64,000 nt of DNA, from the NCBI GenBank assembly GCA_022653735.1, contig JALCSU010000002.1:29643-93642 (forward strand), read 5' to 3'. The number at the start of each line of letters is the position of its first letter. Within the stretch, counting starts at the first letter, position 1. The notes below the pieces were generated by a model. The model was given only the letters and a program-made list of their open reading frames with translations, made no database searches and had not been told where the DNA came from. The position numbers and the translations under genes are program-made. This document shows, piece after piece, positions 50,166-60,255 of the stretch. This stretch comes from Bacteroidales bacterium (GTDB lineage Bacteria > Bacteroidota > Bacteroidia > Bacteroidales > UBA932).

Positions 50166-53039
50166 TTATCGATATTTAATGGTTACGTCAAGCCATCTGG
50201 ATGAGGTGGCAGGCATCATGTCAATCAGCAGATTCCCGTCTGAGAGTTCAGACGGGATTTTATGCTGCCCGTCCCAGACGACGACCCTAAACGCTCCTTC
50301 AGGCAGGGGAATCCTGATTTTCTGTTGGGAATATGCTGGCTCGGCATAGACTTGGAAATGGGTCAGGTCATCCTCTACCGGGGAGAATGCTAAGTTCACG
50401 GGGGCATCTGAGAAAACATATTCCTTTCCATCTATTGAAACTCTCGTGCACTCGCATCCGTTGAATGCCATGAGGCGGCCAGAGTCCGAAGTGCGGAAAG
50501 ACATATTCATTTTCCCCGAATATGTCACATCGTGGCCATTGACTTTGATGTCTTGCATCTCCATTCTGTCCGACGGCATAGGATTGACTTTCAAAGCCTC
50601 TGCGTCATGCTCTTCGTTCCTGGAGAAGCCGCCTTCCCAGTTCTCTCTGTGTGTCCTGTAGTGCTTTACCAAGGCGGTTGCCCCATTAGGGAAGCTGGTG
50701 GCTAGGTAATCCGTAGTTCTGGATACATACGAAGGATTGTCGTTCACGGCGAATTTCCCGCTGGACGGGTAAGCGCCGGCTGCATTGAGGATTTCGAACA
50801 GGGTCCGAGTCTCGTATCCCAGGCTCTTGCTCTGGTCGTCCCTCGGCCTGAATCCGAAGAAGAACGCATCTCCCTTGTCGATTTTCTTGTGAGTCCCGAC
50901 AGGCATTCCGTCAATCCTTGCGACGATTTCGGAGCCGTTGCCTACTGACACCGGGTAGATCCTGTCTACGAGCATGTCCGTCAGTATGGTCTGCTCAGGT
51001 ACTTCAGAGAAACGTCCTTCGAAGACAACTTGCTTGCCGGAAGCAATCTCGCCGAGGAATTGATCGAATTTGTATTCGGCCCCGAAGATCTTCTGCCACA
51101 CTGCAGCGCATTCTTCTCCAGATCCATCAATCAGCGGAGGCATGCTGAACCATATCACCTTGCCCCCGGCATCTGCGAATCTTTCCAAAAGATCGAGGAG
51201 TCCTTTTTGAGGCAGAGGCTCGAACATCACCATCACTGTGCCATATTCCTTGGCCTCCACTTTCATTTTTCCTTCATCTGTGACAGAGCCCATCTCCACT
51301 AGCTTGTCAGAAGTCAGGTAGTTGCAGTACCCGTATTGGGTCATCCAGCTGCCGAAGCGTTCCTCCACGGCGACCAGGTTCATTGGGTATATGGCAAGAA
51401 CGTCAGTGTCTCTGTGCTTGTAGCCTGTGATCAGGCTCATGGCATGACCCGGTTGTGCCCCGTAAGCTTCATTCAGCATGTTTTTCCAATGCAGAGCGTC
51501 ATTCGGGAATCCCCATGCAGCGGCGTAGGCGTTCGGATATTTATTGATTACCCCGATGGAGACACCCATGGCGGCTCCATAATAATCCCTGTCTGCCCAG
51601 CCGCATTCAGCGAAATCATTTCCTGTCGGCTGGAGGTATTCTCCCCACTTGAAATAGTCATAGCAGGCGGCTGCGGCCTGTTGAACGGTGTTGCTCCAGA
51701 TGAAATTGGAAGTATATTCGTATCTGTAAGCGTTGGCATGCAGCTTCTCGGTGTTCCATAAGTCTATGGTAGGGCTTTCCGCCCAAGATGCATGGGCGCT
51801 GGTGCGGAATTCTCGATTGAATATTTTTTCAGCGTATTCCTTGCTGTCTTTGAACAAATCCACTACTCCGTGATTGAGTAACTTGTAGTAGCGGTCCCTC
51901 AATAAGAAAGTCTTGTGGATTTCTTCCGGAGTTTCTCCCATCACGTACTGTACGTTCTCCACGGCATCGGCCGAAGCCAGGTAATATGGCGCCCCATAGA
52001 CGAAATAGAGCATGTGCTTGTCATCGAAAGGCAGGCCGTATTCTTTTTCGTACCGCTCGCAGAAGCTTTTCGTAAGATAGCGTATGGCGAACTGGCCTCC
52101 CTCATGATGGGAGTAGTAAGCCCAGTCTTGCTGGATGTGCATCTCATCTGAATACAATGCAGTCAGGTTCACCCCGGCTTTTTTGTATTTATCCATGAGG
52201 TCATGCAGGAATGGAGTTGCATCGGGAGAGAAATAGTCCATCTCCGGAGACTCGTACTCAAGAAGGACCAAGACCCTGTCGTATCCTTCCAGCTGCTTCG
52301 GCCCGTCGTAAAAAACTCTGAGCTCCCGCGCGGGAAAGTACATGTCGTCCGGGGAATTCTTGATCCCGAACGAACTGGAAGCAGAGAGCACGTCTATGGT
52401 GTCTCCGGCTTCGTATTTCACTCCGGATATCTCATGAATGTCATCAGGGTTCACTGCGATCAGATGTGACGACCCCAGGGGCTTTTGCCTGAATGCATAT
52501 GCCTTTACTCCTTTCAGGGATACATGGAATTTCCCTTTATTGTTCGTCCAGAACATCTGCTCCCAGACCGGAATGCTGAATGTGCCATCAGACGCATTCC
52601 TTAGACCTGCCTTGTAAGATACCCATCGTCCAGACTGACCTGTCTGGTGCTTGAATGCCGGGCCAAGCTCTAGCGGCGTGTTCAGGCTCAGGCATATCCC
52701 CATTCCGTATTTCTTTGCGAAGTCGCTGATGAATTTGATTTTAAGGATATATTCATCCATGTCCGGAGTGAGTTCCCTGTCGGTGCCGGCTTGGGGTCTG
52801 TACTGGCGGAAAAACTCGTCGAATGCTATCGTGAGGGTCTTGTCTCCGTCCTTCTTTCCCTGCTCGCAGACCTCCCTAAGGCTGAGATGCACGGGAGTGT
52901 AGCCGGTGGACATGTCAATTTTTTTGTCCGGATCCATCAGATCCCTTAGCTGCTGGTCGCTGGTAAGGATTATAGTCGCAGAATAAGCATTTGGCATAAG
53001 GCATAATGCCGACAATAAAGGCAGGAGAATTCTTTTCAT
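50166..53039 (-). CDS. Large secreted hypothetical protein, putative glycoside hydrolase
   Basis: 957-aa ORF with signal peptide inside a PUL; aromatic/acidic motifs (DYFSP, LYSDEMH, HASWAESP). Confidence 0.75.
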   Translation of the reverse strand: MKRILLPLLSALCLMPNAYSATIILTSDQQLRDLMDPDKKIDMSTGYTPVHLSLREVCEQGKKDGDKTLTIAFDEFFRQYRPQAGTDRELTPDMDEYILKIKFISDFAKKYGMGICLSLNTPLELGPAFKHQTGQSGRWVSYKAGLRNASDGTFSIPVWEQMFWTNNKGKFHVSLKGVKAYAFRQKPLGSSHLIAVNPDDIHEISGVKYEAGDTIDVLSASSSFGIKNSPDDMYFPARELRVFYDGPKQLEGYDRVLVLLEYESPEMDYFSPDATPFLHDLMDKYKKAGVNLTALYSDEMHIQQDWAYYSHHEGGQFAIRYLTKSFCERYEKEYGLPFDDKHMLYFVYGAPYYLASADAVENVQYVMGETPEEIHKTFLLRDRYYKLLNHGVVDLFKDSKEYAEKIFNREFRTSAHASWAESPTIDLWNTEKLHANAYRYEYTSNFIWSNTVQQAAAACYDYFKWGEYLQPTGNDFAECGWADRDYYGAAMGVSIGVINKYPNAYAAAWGFPNDALHWKNMLNEAYGAQPGHAMSLITGYKHRDTDVLAIYPMNLVAVEERFGSWMTQYGYCNYLTSDKLVEMGSVTDEGKMKVEAKEYGTVMVMFEPLPQKGLLDLLERFADAGGKVIWFSMPPLIDGSGEECAAVWQKIFGAEYKFDQFLGEIASGKQVVFEGRFSEVPEQTILTDMLVDRIYPVSVGNGSEIVARIDGMPVGTHKKIDKGDAFFFGFRPRDDQSKSLGYETRTLFEILNAAGAYPSSGKFAVNDNPSYVSRTTDYLATSFPNGATALVKHYRTHRENWEGGFSRNEEHDAEALKVNPMPSDRMEMQDIKVNGHDVTYSGKMNMSFRTSDSGRLMAFNGCECTRVSIDGKEYVFSDAPVNLAFSPVEDDLTHFQVYAEPAYSQQKIRIPLPEGAFRVVVWDGQHKIPSELSDGNLLIDMMPATSSRWLDVTIKYR

Positions 53040-53941
53040 GATTGGTTATGTTGCGTTATCATTAATTTTTTTCTGTATTCTGATGGCGATAGGCCTTCTT
53101 TCTTGGAGAAAAAAGTTGAGAACTGGGAAACGTTCTGAAAGTTAAGAGAATAGGCTATGTCCGAGATCCCTCTGTCCGATACGGTCAGCAGTTCCTTGGC
53201 ACGGAGGTATCTCAGATGATTGTAATATTGGATGGGGGAGAATCCTGTATAATCCTTGAACTTGCTCCTGAACCATGAATAGCTGACATTAAGGCTTCTG
53301 GCTATTTCTTCTACGGACAAAGGCGATTCAATGTTGGCTTTCATCAGGGCCTTCGCTTCGTCGATTTTGTCAATGGAGGCAGAGGAATTTATCGAGACAT
53401 TCTTTTGCTTGAAGAATATCACGCCAAGCATATGCATTAAGATTCCTGACATAAGCTGCTGGAAGCATGGCCTTTCATCCATGGCTGCGGAAACCACTGA
53501 CTCGTAGAGCGAGATTATGGTTTGGCTGACCCCTATCCTGAATACCGGTTTTTCTTTTGAGAAGAACCCGTTCTCCAGCAATCGTTCGATGATTTTGCCT
53601 TTGAAGCCTATCCAGTACTCGAACCAGCCGTTGTCGTCAGGAGCATATGTATGCCATTCTCCGGGGAAGAGAAGGATGGCTGTTCCCGGCGTTATTCTTA
53701 TCTTTTGTTGCGATCTGGATTGGAAGTAGCCGTAGCCTTCGCTGATATAAATTAGCTGGTACTCATTCAGGATCCTTCCGCGTTCGGGAAAGAATGAGTA
53801 GGCATCGGGATGCTGGTTCTTAATTGGGTAGGACGTGTGAGGCGCTATTTTCTGATAACCTGCCGTGCAGATCGTAAGCCCCCATTTTTGGTCTGTCTGG
53901 CTGGATGTAAGATATATTATATGGTTGTCGTTATTTGTCAT
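53036..53941 (-). CDS. AraC-family transcriptional regulator
   Basis: GRILNEYQLIYI..LFPGEWHTY cupin domain; C-terminal double HTH (YSWFRSKFK, FSKKEGLSPSEYRK). Confidence 0.92.
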   Translation of the reverse strand: MTNNDNHIIYLTSSQTDQKWGLTICTAGYQKIAPHTSYPIKNQHPDAYSFFPERGRILNEYQLIYISEGYGYFQSRSQQKIRITPGTAILLFPGEWHTYAPDDNGWFEYWIGFKGKIIERLLENGFFSKEKPVFRIGVSQTIISLYESVVSAAMDERPCFQQLMSGILMHMLGVIFFKQKNVSINSSASIDKIDEAKALMKANIESPLSVEEIARSLNVSYSWFRSKFKDYTGFSPIQYYNHLRYLRAKELLTVSDRGISDIAYSLNFQNVSQFSTFFSKKEGLSPSEYRKKLMITQHNQS

Positions 53942-54004
53942 GTCCGTTATTCGCAATAAGCATCGAAAGTTAAGAATAATTCCTCTTAGGCCAGTCATGA
54001 AATG

Positions 54005-54067
54005 TCATTTTGATAAGATACTAAATCATTTTTGAAAACTTTTTTTCTGGATATGTCAGTAATTTTG
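54005..54067 (+). promoter_or_regulatory. Putative AraC-activated promoter of the isomerase-susCD operon
   Basis: TCATTTT(T)GA direct repeats at 54005 and 54026 (21-bp spacing) upstream of TAATTTTG at 54060-54067. Confidence 0.4.
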
Positions 54068-54101
54068 ACTTGAAAAAATAACACTAAAACACGACTTGAT
54101 T

Positions 54102-55526
54102 ATGGGAATTTCTTATGCCAGCGTAGGACTTGTAGGTTGCGGTCTTGATACATATTGGCCGCAATTCGCAGGATTGAGGGACACGCTGCTCGATTATCAG
54201 GAAGTCATTCGCAAGCACATGGAACGCCCGAGCCTGAATGTCATTGATGCAGGTCTGGCAGATGATGTGCCGAAATCCAGGGAAATCGCCGCATCGCTCA
54301 GAGCAGCTGGCATAGGGCTTCTCGTCATCTACGTGGCGACATATTCACTGTCGTCAACCCTCGTGCCCCTTGTCAGGGATTTGGGAGTGCCTGTGCTTCT
54401 ATTGAATGTTCAGCCTTCGGAAAATATAGATTATGAATATCTGAACAGCCTTCCGGACAAGGCGGCCATGACAGGGCTGTGGCTCTCGTACTGCCAGGCC
54501 TGCTCCATCCCGGAGTTCTCGTGCGTCCTGAACAGGGCTGCGATTCCATATAGGATCGTCACAGGGCACTTGTCCGATGATAGAGTATGGAAGGAGCTGG
54601 ACGAATGGGCTATCGCCTTGTATGCCGTCACTTCACTGCGTCACTCTAACATCGGGTTTCTCGGCCATTATTATTGCGGGATGATGGATGTCTACACGGA
54701 CCTCAGGGCTATGTCATTCGTATTTGGCACGCATGCGGAAATTATCGAAATGTGCGAGTTGAAGGCTCTTAGGGATGCGGTGACCGAATATGAGGTCAGG
54801 GCTAAAATCGAAGAATTCAACGAGGCTTTCGATGTCTCCCCGGCTTGCCTGCGTCATGAGCTCGAAAAGGCGGCCAGAACCTCCGCCGCAATAGATCATT
54901 TGGTCTATGACCATGGCCTTGACGCTCTCGCTTATTATTATGAGGGACATGGGGGGAACGATTATGAGAACATTGTTGCCTCAATGATCGCTGGTTGCAC
55001 TCTGCTGACTGGCAGAGGCATGCCGACTGCCGGAGAGTGCGAGGTAAAGAATGCGCATGCCATGAAGATAATGTCATTGCTTGGCGCCGGCGGTTCTTTT
55101 TCTGAATTTTATGCAATGGATTTTAAAGATGACGTTGTTCTGCTCGGTCACGACGGCCCGGCACATTTCAATATGGCTGAAGGTCGCGTGAGCCTAGTCC
55201 CCCTTACAGTGTATCATGGGAAACCTGGTAAAGGACTCTCTATTCAGATGACCGTAAAGTATGGCCCTGTGACGCTACTCTCAGTATGCGAAGGCAAGGA
55301 TGGAGTATTCCTCCTAGCTGCGGAAGGAGAGTCTGTCCCCGGCCCTACGCTCCAGATCGGCAATACTAACAGCCGCTACCGCTTTTCATGCCATGCGGGA
55401 GAATTCGTTGAGAGATGGAGCCTCAACGGCCCCTCGCATCATTGCGCTATCGGCGTGGGACATATTGCTTCGGAATTAGAGAAAGTGGCTTTCCTGCTTG
55501 GAATCCCTTTCGTGAAAATTGCATGA
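54102..55526 (+). CDS. L-fucose/L-arabinose isomerase-family protein
   Basis: AGECEVKNA, GGSFSEFY, LGHDGPAH, GPSHHCAIGVGH. Confidence 0.82.
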   Translation: MGISYASVGLVGCGLDTYWPQFAGLRDTLLDYQEVIRKHMERPSLNVIDAGLADDVPKSREIAASLRAAGIGLLVIYVATYSLSSTLVPLVRDLGVPVLLLNVQPSENIDYEYLNSLPDKAAMTGLWLSYCQACSIPEFSCVLNRAAIPYRIVTGHLSDDRVWKELDEWAIALYAVTSLRHSNIGFLGHYYCGMMDVYTDLRAMSFVFGTHAEIIEMCELKALRDAVTEYEVRAKIEEFNEAFDVSPACLRHELEKAARTSAAIDHLVYDHGLDALAYYYEGHGGNDYENIVASMIAGCTLLTGRGMPTAGECEVKNAHAMKIMSLLGAGGSFSEFYAMDFKDDVVLLGHDGPAHFNMAEGRVSLVPLTVYHGKPGKGLSIQMTVKYGPVTLLSVCEGKDGVFLLAAEGESVPGPTLQIGNTNSRYRFSCHAGEFVERWSLNGPSHHCAIGVGHIASELEKVAFLLGIPFVKIA

Positions 55527-55606
55527 ATATGCATTTAGCAATCATTAATTTCTTATTTATGTTCAATTACAGATCATTATCTCATTGGAGAAAGCATCAG
55601 CAATTC

Positions 55607-58600
55607 ATGAAACGATGCTTATCTATTTTGGCGGTAGGTCTGATGCCAGTGATTTTCGCCCAAGCGGAGGAATATTATTCCGACGCAACGTCTGCACAGT
55701 CACAGCAGCAGCGCACCATTACCGTCAAAGGAACTGTTACCGATGCCGATGGCCAGCCTGCAATCGGGGCCAACGTCCTTGTCAAAGGGACGAGTGCCGG
55801 CACGATGACGGACACAAATGGAAGTTTCTCGGTTGAGGCTCCGGCAGATGCCGTGCTTGAAGTATCTTACATAGGATTCGAAAGCCAGGAAATTTCCTTG
55901 AACGGGAGGACTAACCTGAATATTGTCCTTCAAGTGAACAAGAGAGCTCTTGACGAGGTTGTCGTAGTGGCATACGGTACCCAGAAGGCAAGATCCGTCA
56001 CGGGATCCATGAGTAAAATGGATGCTGAGACCTTGAAAGACCAACCAGTGTCTCAGATTGGAGAGAAGCTTCAGGGAAAATTCGCCGGCGTGCAGGTCAA
56101 TCAGGCAAATGGAGAGCCTAACGGAGGCCTGACAATACGTATCAGGGGCGCGGCATCTGTCAATGGAGGCAATGCTCCTCTGATCGTGATTGACGGTTTC
56201 CCTTCTAGCACAGGGCTAGAGTCAATCAGCCCTGAGGAAATAGAAACCATCACCGTGCTGAAAGATGCGGCTGCATCTTCTCTTTATGGATCCAGGGCTG
56301 CGAATGGGGTCATCCTGGTTACTACGAAAACTGCTAAGCTGAACCAGGGAAAGCCTAAAATCGAATTCAGCGCTTATTACGGCGTGGAGATTGTCCCTCA
56401 GCAGGGGCGGCCAGACGTGATGAATGCCCAAGAGTTTGCCCAGTTCAAGAAAGAATATTATGAAGATGCCGCCAAATATGAAGGTTACACTGGCGGCGTG
56501 CCTGAGTGCTATGCGCATCCTGAGCTGTTGAAAGAAGGAACCGATTGGCTAGATGTTCTATTGAGGAATGCTTCGAACCAGAATTATAATCTAAATTTAT
56601 CTGCCGGAACGGATAAGCTCAGAAGCTCTGTGAACGTGAATTACAATAATAAGGAAGGAGTCGTGCTAGAGACTTATTCCGATCGTTTCGCCGTGCGAGC
56701 GAATAATTCCTACGTGGCCAATGATCACCTGACTTTCGGGCTGAACCTTTCCGGCTCTTATACGAAAGGTCAGCTGACAGGCGGATTTGGAAACGGCCGC
56801 GTCGTCATGATGTCTTCTATCCTCATGGATCCGCAGCTGAAATACAAAAATGACGACGGGACTTACCCGATTTCATATTCCCAGCCAGGGATGTTCGCAA
56901 ACCCTAACTTCTACCTGGTCCTCAAGCAGACGAAGACCCCTTCGAAGACATTGAGGGGCACCGTCAATGCTTTCGTAGACGTGAACATAATCGAAGGTCT
57001 GAAATACCGTCTGAGCGCTAATGCTGACCTTACCAGCAATTCAGGCTCTCTATGGGTTCCTTCCACTGCAAACGGAAGCATGTTCAGCGCACCTCCGCAG
57101 CCTGCCTACGGAAGATATTCTACTTCCAATAACCGCAACTGGCTTGTCGAGAATACGTTGACCTATCATAAGACGCTCTGGGACGACCACAATTTCGACG
57201 TGTTGCTTGGTTACACTGCGCAAAAGAGCAAATCAGAGAATGCGCGGATAGATGCTAACCAGTACCCTGACGATGAGATTTCATGGTTTGGCGCTGCGAT
57301 CAACAGGGTTGGCAATTCCGATGCGAGCGGATGGGGGACATGGTCTCTGATCTCGTATCTTGGAAGGTTCAATTACGACTATAAAGGAAAATACCTGCTT
57401 CAAGTTTCCTACCGAAGGGACGGGTGCTCACGTTTCGGCTCCGATGCCAGATGGGCTAATTTCCCTTCTGTGTCGCTTGGGTGGATCGTTTCCGACGAGA
57501 GCTTCATGAAGTCTCTGGACAAGCTCAGCTACCTGAAGATTCGTGGAAGCTATGGCACTGTGGGCAACTACAACATCGGTAACTACACTTCATTAAATTC
57601 AATAGGTTCCTATAATTATGTGTTTAATGGCGCCATCACGTCGGGAAGAGCGATCTCCGCAATCGGAAACAGCAATCTGACATGGGAGAAGACGAATCAG
57701 TGGGATCTCGGCATGGACATCGGATTTTTCAACGACAGGATATTCCTGGTCTATGATTTCTATCGCAAGCAGACGAAGGGACTTCTCTATCAGATAGACA
57801 TCCCTTATTCTACAGGATTTTCCTCAGTGCCTTCAAACATAGGCAAATTCCGTTTCTGGGGACATGAAATTAGCCTGGAAACAAAGAATTTGGTCGGCAA
57901 GTTCCGCTGGAGCACTCAGATAAACGTTTCCATTGACAGGAACAGAGCCATCCAGCTTGGAACGAATAATACCCCTATCGGAGGCTATTACAACCAGGGA
58001 GATTACAACCGCACGGTAGTCGGACGTCACCTCGGCGAATTCTATGGCTACATCTACGATGGAGTGTTCATGACGCAGGAAGAATACGAAAAGGGGCCTA
58101 AGCACTACTCTTCCATGGTCGGTACCGTCAGGATGAAAGATCTCAATGACGATAACATCATCGATGAGAAGGACCGCACCTTCATCGGGGATCCGAATCC
58201 GGATTTCACGTTCGGCATAACGAATACCTTCTCCTGGAAGAATTTCGATGCCAGCCTGCTGCTCACCGGTTCGGTCGGAAACGACATTCTGGATGCAGGG
58301 TACGAATCTTATGAGAACATAGACGGATGCTTCAACGTGTTCAAATATGTTAAGAATCGCTGGCGTTCCGAAGACAATCCTGGCAATGGCGTCGTTCCAA
58401 GGACCAGGGCCGGCACCACGGAGCTTTTCCGTTATAATAACACCAGATGGGTCGATGACGGTTCTTATCTGCGCGTGAAGAATCTTACCATCGGCTACAC
58501 TGTTCCTCTGAAGTCTGCTAATTTTATCAGCGGGCTGAGAGTGTACTTCAGCGCCCAGAACCTGCTGACGATAACAGGCTATCATGGAATGAACCCTGAA

Positions 58601-58699
58601 ATCAGCAGTTATGGATACGATGGGCTCAGGCAAGGCGTGGATTACACGGCATACCCTGTCGCCAGAGTCTACTCGTTCGGTCTTAATCTCAACTTCTAA
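55607..58699 (+). CDS. SusC-like TonB-dependent transporter
   Basis: LDEVVVVAYG, IRIRG, VLKDAAASSLYGSRAANGVILVTTK, LTWEKT, terminal LNF. Confidence 0.95.
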   Translation: MKRCLSILAVGLMPVIFAQAEEYYSDATSAQSQQQRTITVKGTVTDADGQPAIGANVLVKGTSAGTMTDTNGSFSVEAPADAVLEVSYIGFESQEISLNGRTNLNIVLQVNKRALDEVVVVAYGTQKARSVTGSMSKMDAETLKDQPVSQIGEKLQGKFAGVQVNQANGEPNGGLTIRIRGAASVNGGNAPLIVIDGFPSSTGLESISPEEIETITVLKDAAASSLYGSRAANGVILVTTKTAKLNQGKPKIEFSAYYGVEIVPQQGRPDVMNAQEFAQFKKEYYEDAAKYEGYTGGVPECYAHPELLKEGTDWLDVLLRNASNQNYNLNLSAGTDKLRSSVNVNYNNKEGVVLETYSDRFAVRANNSYVANDHLTFGLNLSGSYTKGQLTGGFGNGRVVMMSSILMDPQLKYKNDDGTYPISYSQPGMFANPNFYLVLKQTKTPSKTLRGTVNAFVDVNIIEGLKYRLSANADLTSNSGSLWVPSTANGSMFSAPPQPAYGRYSTSNNRNWLVENTLTYHKTLWDDHNFDVLLGYTAQKSKSENARIDANQYPDDEISWFGAAINRVGNSDASGWGTWSLISYLGRFNYDYKGKYLLQVSYRRDGCSRFGSDARWANFPSVSLGWIVSDESFMKSLDKLSYLKIRGSYGTVGNYNIGNYTSLNSIGSYNYVFNGAITSGRAISAIGNSNLTWEKTNQWDLGMDIGFFNDRIFLVYDFYRKQTKGLLYQIDIPYSTGFSSVPSNIGKFRFWGHEISLETKNLVGKFRWSTQINVSIDRNRAIQLGTNNTPIGGYYNQGDYNRTVVGRHLGEFYGYIYDGVFMTQEEYEKGPKHYSSMVGTVRMKDLNDDNIIDEKDRTFIGDPNPDFTFGITNTFSWKNFDASLLLTGSVGNDILDAGYESYENIDGCFNVFKYVKNRWRSEDNPGNGVVPRTRAGTTELFRYNNTRWVDDGSYLRVKNLTIGYTVPLKSANFISGLRVYFSAQNLLTITGYHGMNPEISSYGYDGLRQGVDYTAYPVARVYSFGLNLNF

Positions 58700-60255
58700 T
58701 GAGGAATAACATGAAAAAAATAGTAATAGCAATATGTGTGGCTGCGGCCAGCCTAGGCGCTGTTTCTTGCAGCAACTCTTTTCTGGAGCAGACTCCTGAG
58801 ACAGGACTGACATCCGATACTTTCTATAAGTCCGTGTCTCACATGCAGCAAGCCCTGATTGCTTGCTACCCTGGAGTCCGCACTGTAGTCCAGGAAGGAA
58901 TATTCATGGATGAAATGCGCTCTGACAACGCTTTCTACACCAGGTATTCTCCTGACAGGGGAGCCTATCTGGGGACAGAGACCTTGGCGCTCTTCCTGGA
59001 GACTGGCGCATCCAACAGCTGGGATCATATTTGGAACCATTATCGCGAGGTTTACAGATATGTCTGCAGAACCAATGTCCTCGTCGACAGGATTGAATCC
59101 TCAGGCCTGTCTGAGGACGAAACGAATGGCATAAAGGCAGAGGCTTTGTTCCTCAGGGCATTTTATTATTTCGACTTAGTCCAGCATTGGGGGAGAGTCC
59201 CTCTGGTGCTACACCTGTTCGGCAATGTGAATGACGCATTCGTGGCAAAGGCCACGTTGGATGAGTTGTACGGTCAGATGCTTTCTGACGTCAACGAGGC
59301 AATAAGCCTTGGCTTGCCTGTAGCAACCACTTTCCCTCAGGACGGGCATGCGACTATGGGGGCTGCAAAGATGCTCAGGGCATATATTAATATGTCTAAG
59401 CCTTCCCCGGATTATGCGGCTGCTGAGAAAGACCTGGTCGACATAACCAAGATGAACTACAAGCTTTTGGATGACTATTCCTCGATTTTCTTGAAAACCA
59501 ACAAGAATAATCAGGAATCCATATTCGAAGCTCAGTTCACTGAGGACGGAAGCACCAATCAGTATTCGACTTTCCCTTGGAACCTGATTCCTAGGTGCAG
59601 CAATAATGAAGTGCTCATGGGCATAGCCGGAGGAAACTATACCGGCGGTGGCGGCGGCTGGTGCGTGCCAACTCAGGAGATGATTGATTCGTACGAGAAG
59701 GGAGACGTGCGCCTGGATGCTTCCATCAGCGTTGCTGAGGGGCACATAAACCAGAGCGAGCAATTCACCTTCACGGAGATGAAATCCGTAGTCGGATATG
59801 TTAAACCGGCGGACAAGGATTTCTATTACATGGTAAAGAAATATTATCACCCGCCTTATGCATATTCTATGAGGGCCGACGATAATTTCCCTGTTTACCG
59901 TTATTCAGGAGCTCTGCTGCTGCTTTCGGAGTGCTTGGTAAAGGAGAATAAGAGCAACGAGGCTCTGCCATACATCAATCAGGTGAGGGACAGGGCTGGG
60001 TTGCCGGCCTTGGAGAGCGTAACCATCGAAAACGTCATGAATGAAATGCGTCACGAACTGGCGTTTGAAAATCACCGCTGGCAGGATCTGGTCAGGAATG
60101 ACATGGCTATCCCTGTGATGACCGAATTCGGCAAGACAATGAAGTCTCTATATGGCTGGATTCTCCCGGAAGCGTTTAACGTAACCGAGGCGAGGCTGGT
60201 GTATCCTATCCCTCAGCACGAATATGATTTCAACAAGCTCTTGACTGATGAATAA
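58699..60255 (+). CDS. SusD-like lipoprotein, C-terminus possibly clipped
   Basis: Lipobox AVSC, EALFLRAFYYFDLV, RHELAFENHRWQDLVR, YPIP. Confidence 0.9.
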   Translation: MRNNMKKIVIAICVAAASLGAVSCSNSFLEQTPETGLTSDTFYKSVSHMQQALIACYPGVRTVVQEGIFMDEMRSDNAFYTRYSPDRGAYLGTETLALFLETGASNSWDHIWNHYREVYRYVCRTNVLVDRIESSGLSEDETNGIKAEALFLRAFYYFDLVQHWGRVPLVLHLFGNVNDAFVAKATLDELYGQMLSDVNEAISLGLPVATTFPQDGHATMGAAKMLRAYINMSKPSPDYAAAEKDLVDITKMNYKLLDDYSSIFLKTNKNNQESIFEAQFTEDGSTNQYSTFPWNLIPRCSNNEVLMGIAGGNYTGGGGGWCVPTQEMIDSYEKGDVRLDASISVAEGHINQSEQFTFTEMKSVVGYVKPADKDFYYMVKKYYHPPYAYSMRADDNFPVYRYSGALLLLSECLVKENKSNEALPYINQVRDRAGLPALESVTIENVMNEMRHELAFENHRWQDLVRNDMAIPVMTEFGKTMKSLYGWILPEAFNVTEARLVYPIPQHEYDFNKLLTDE

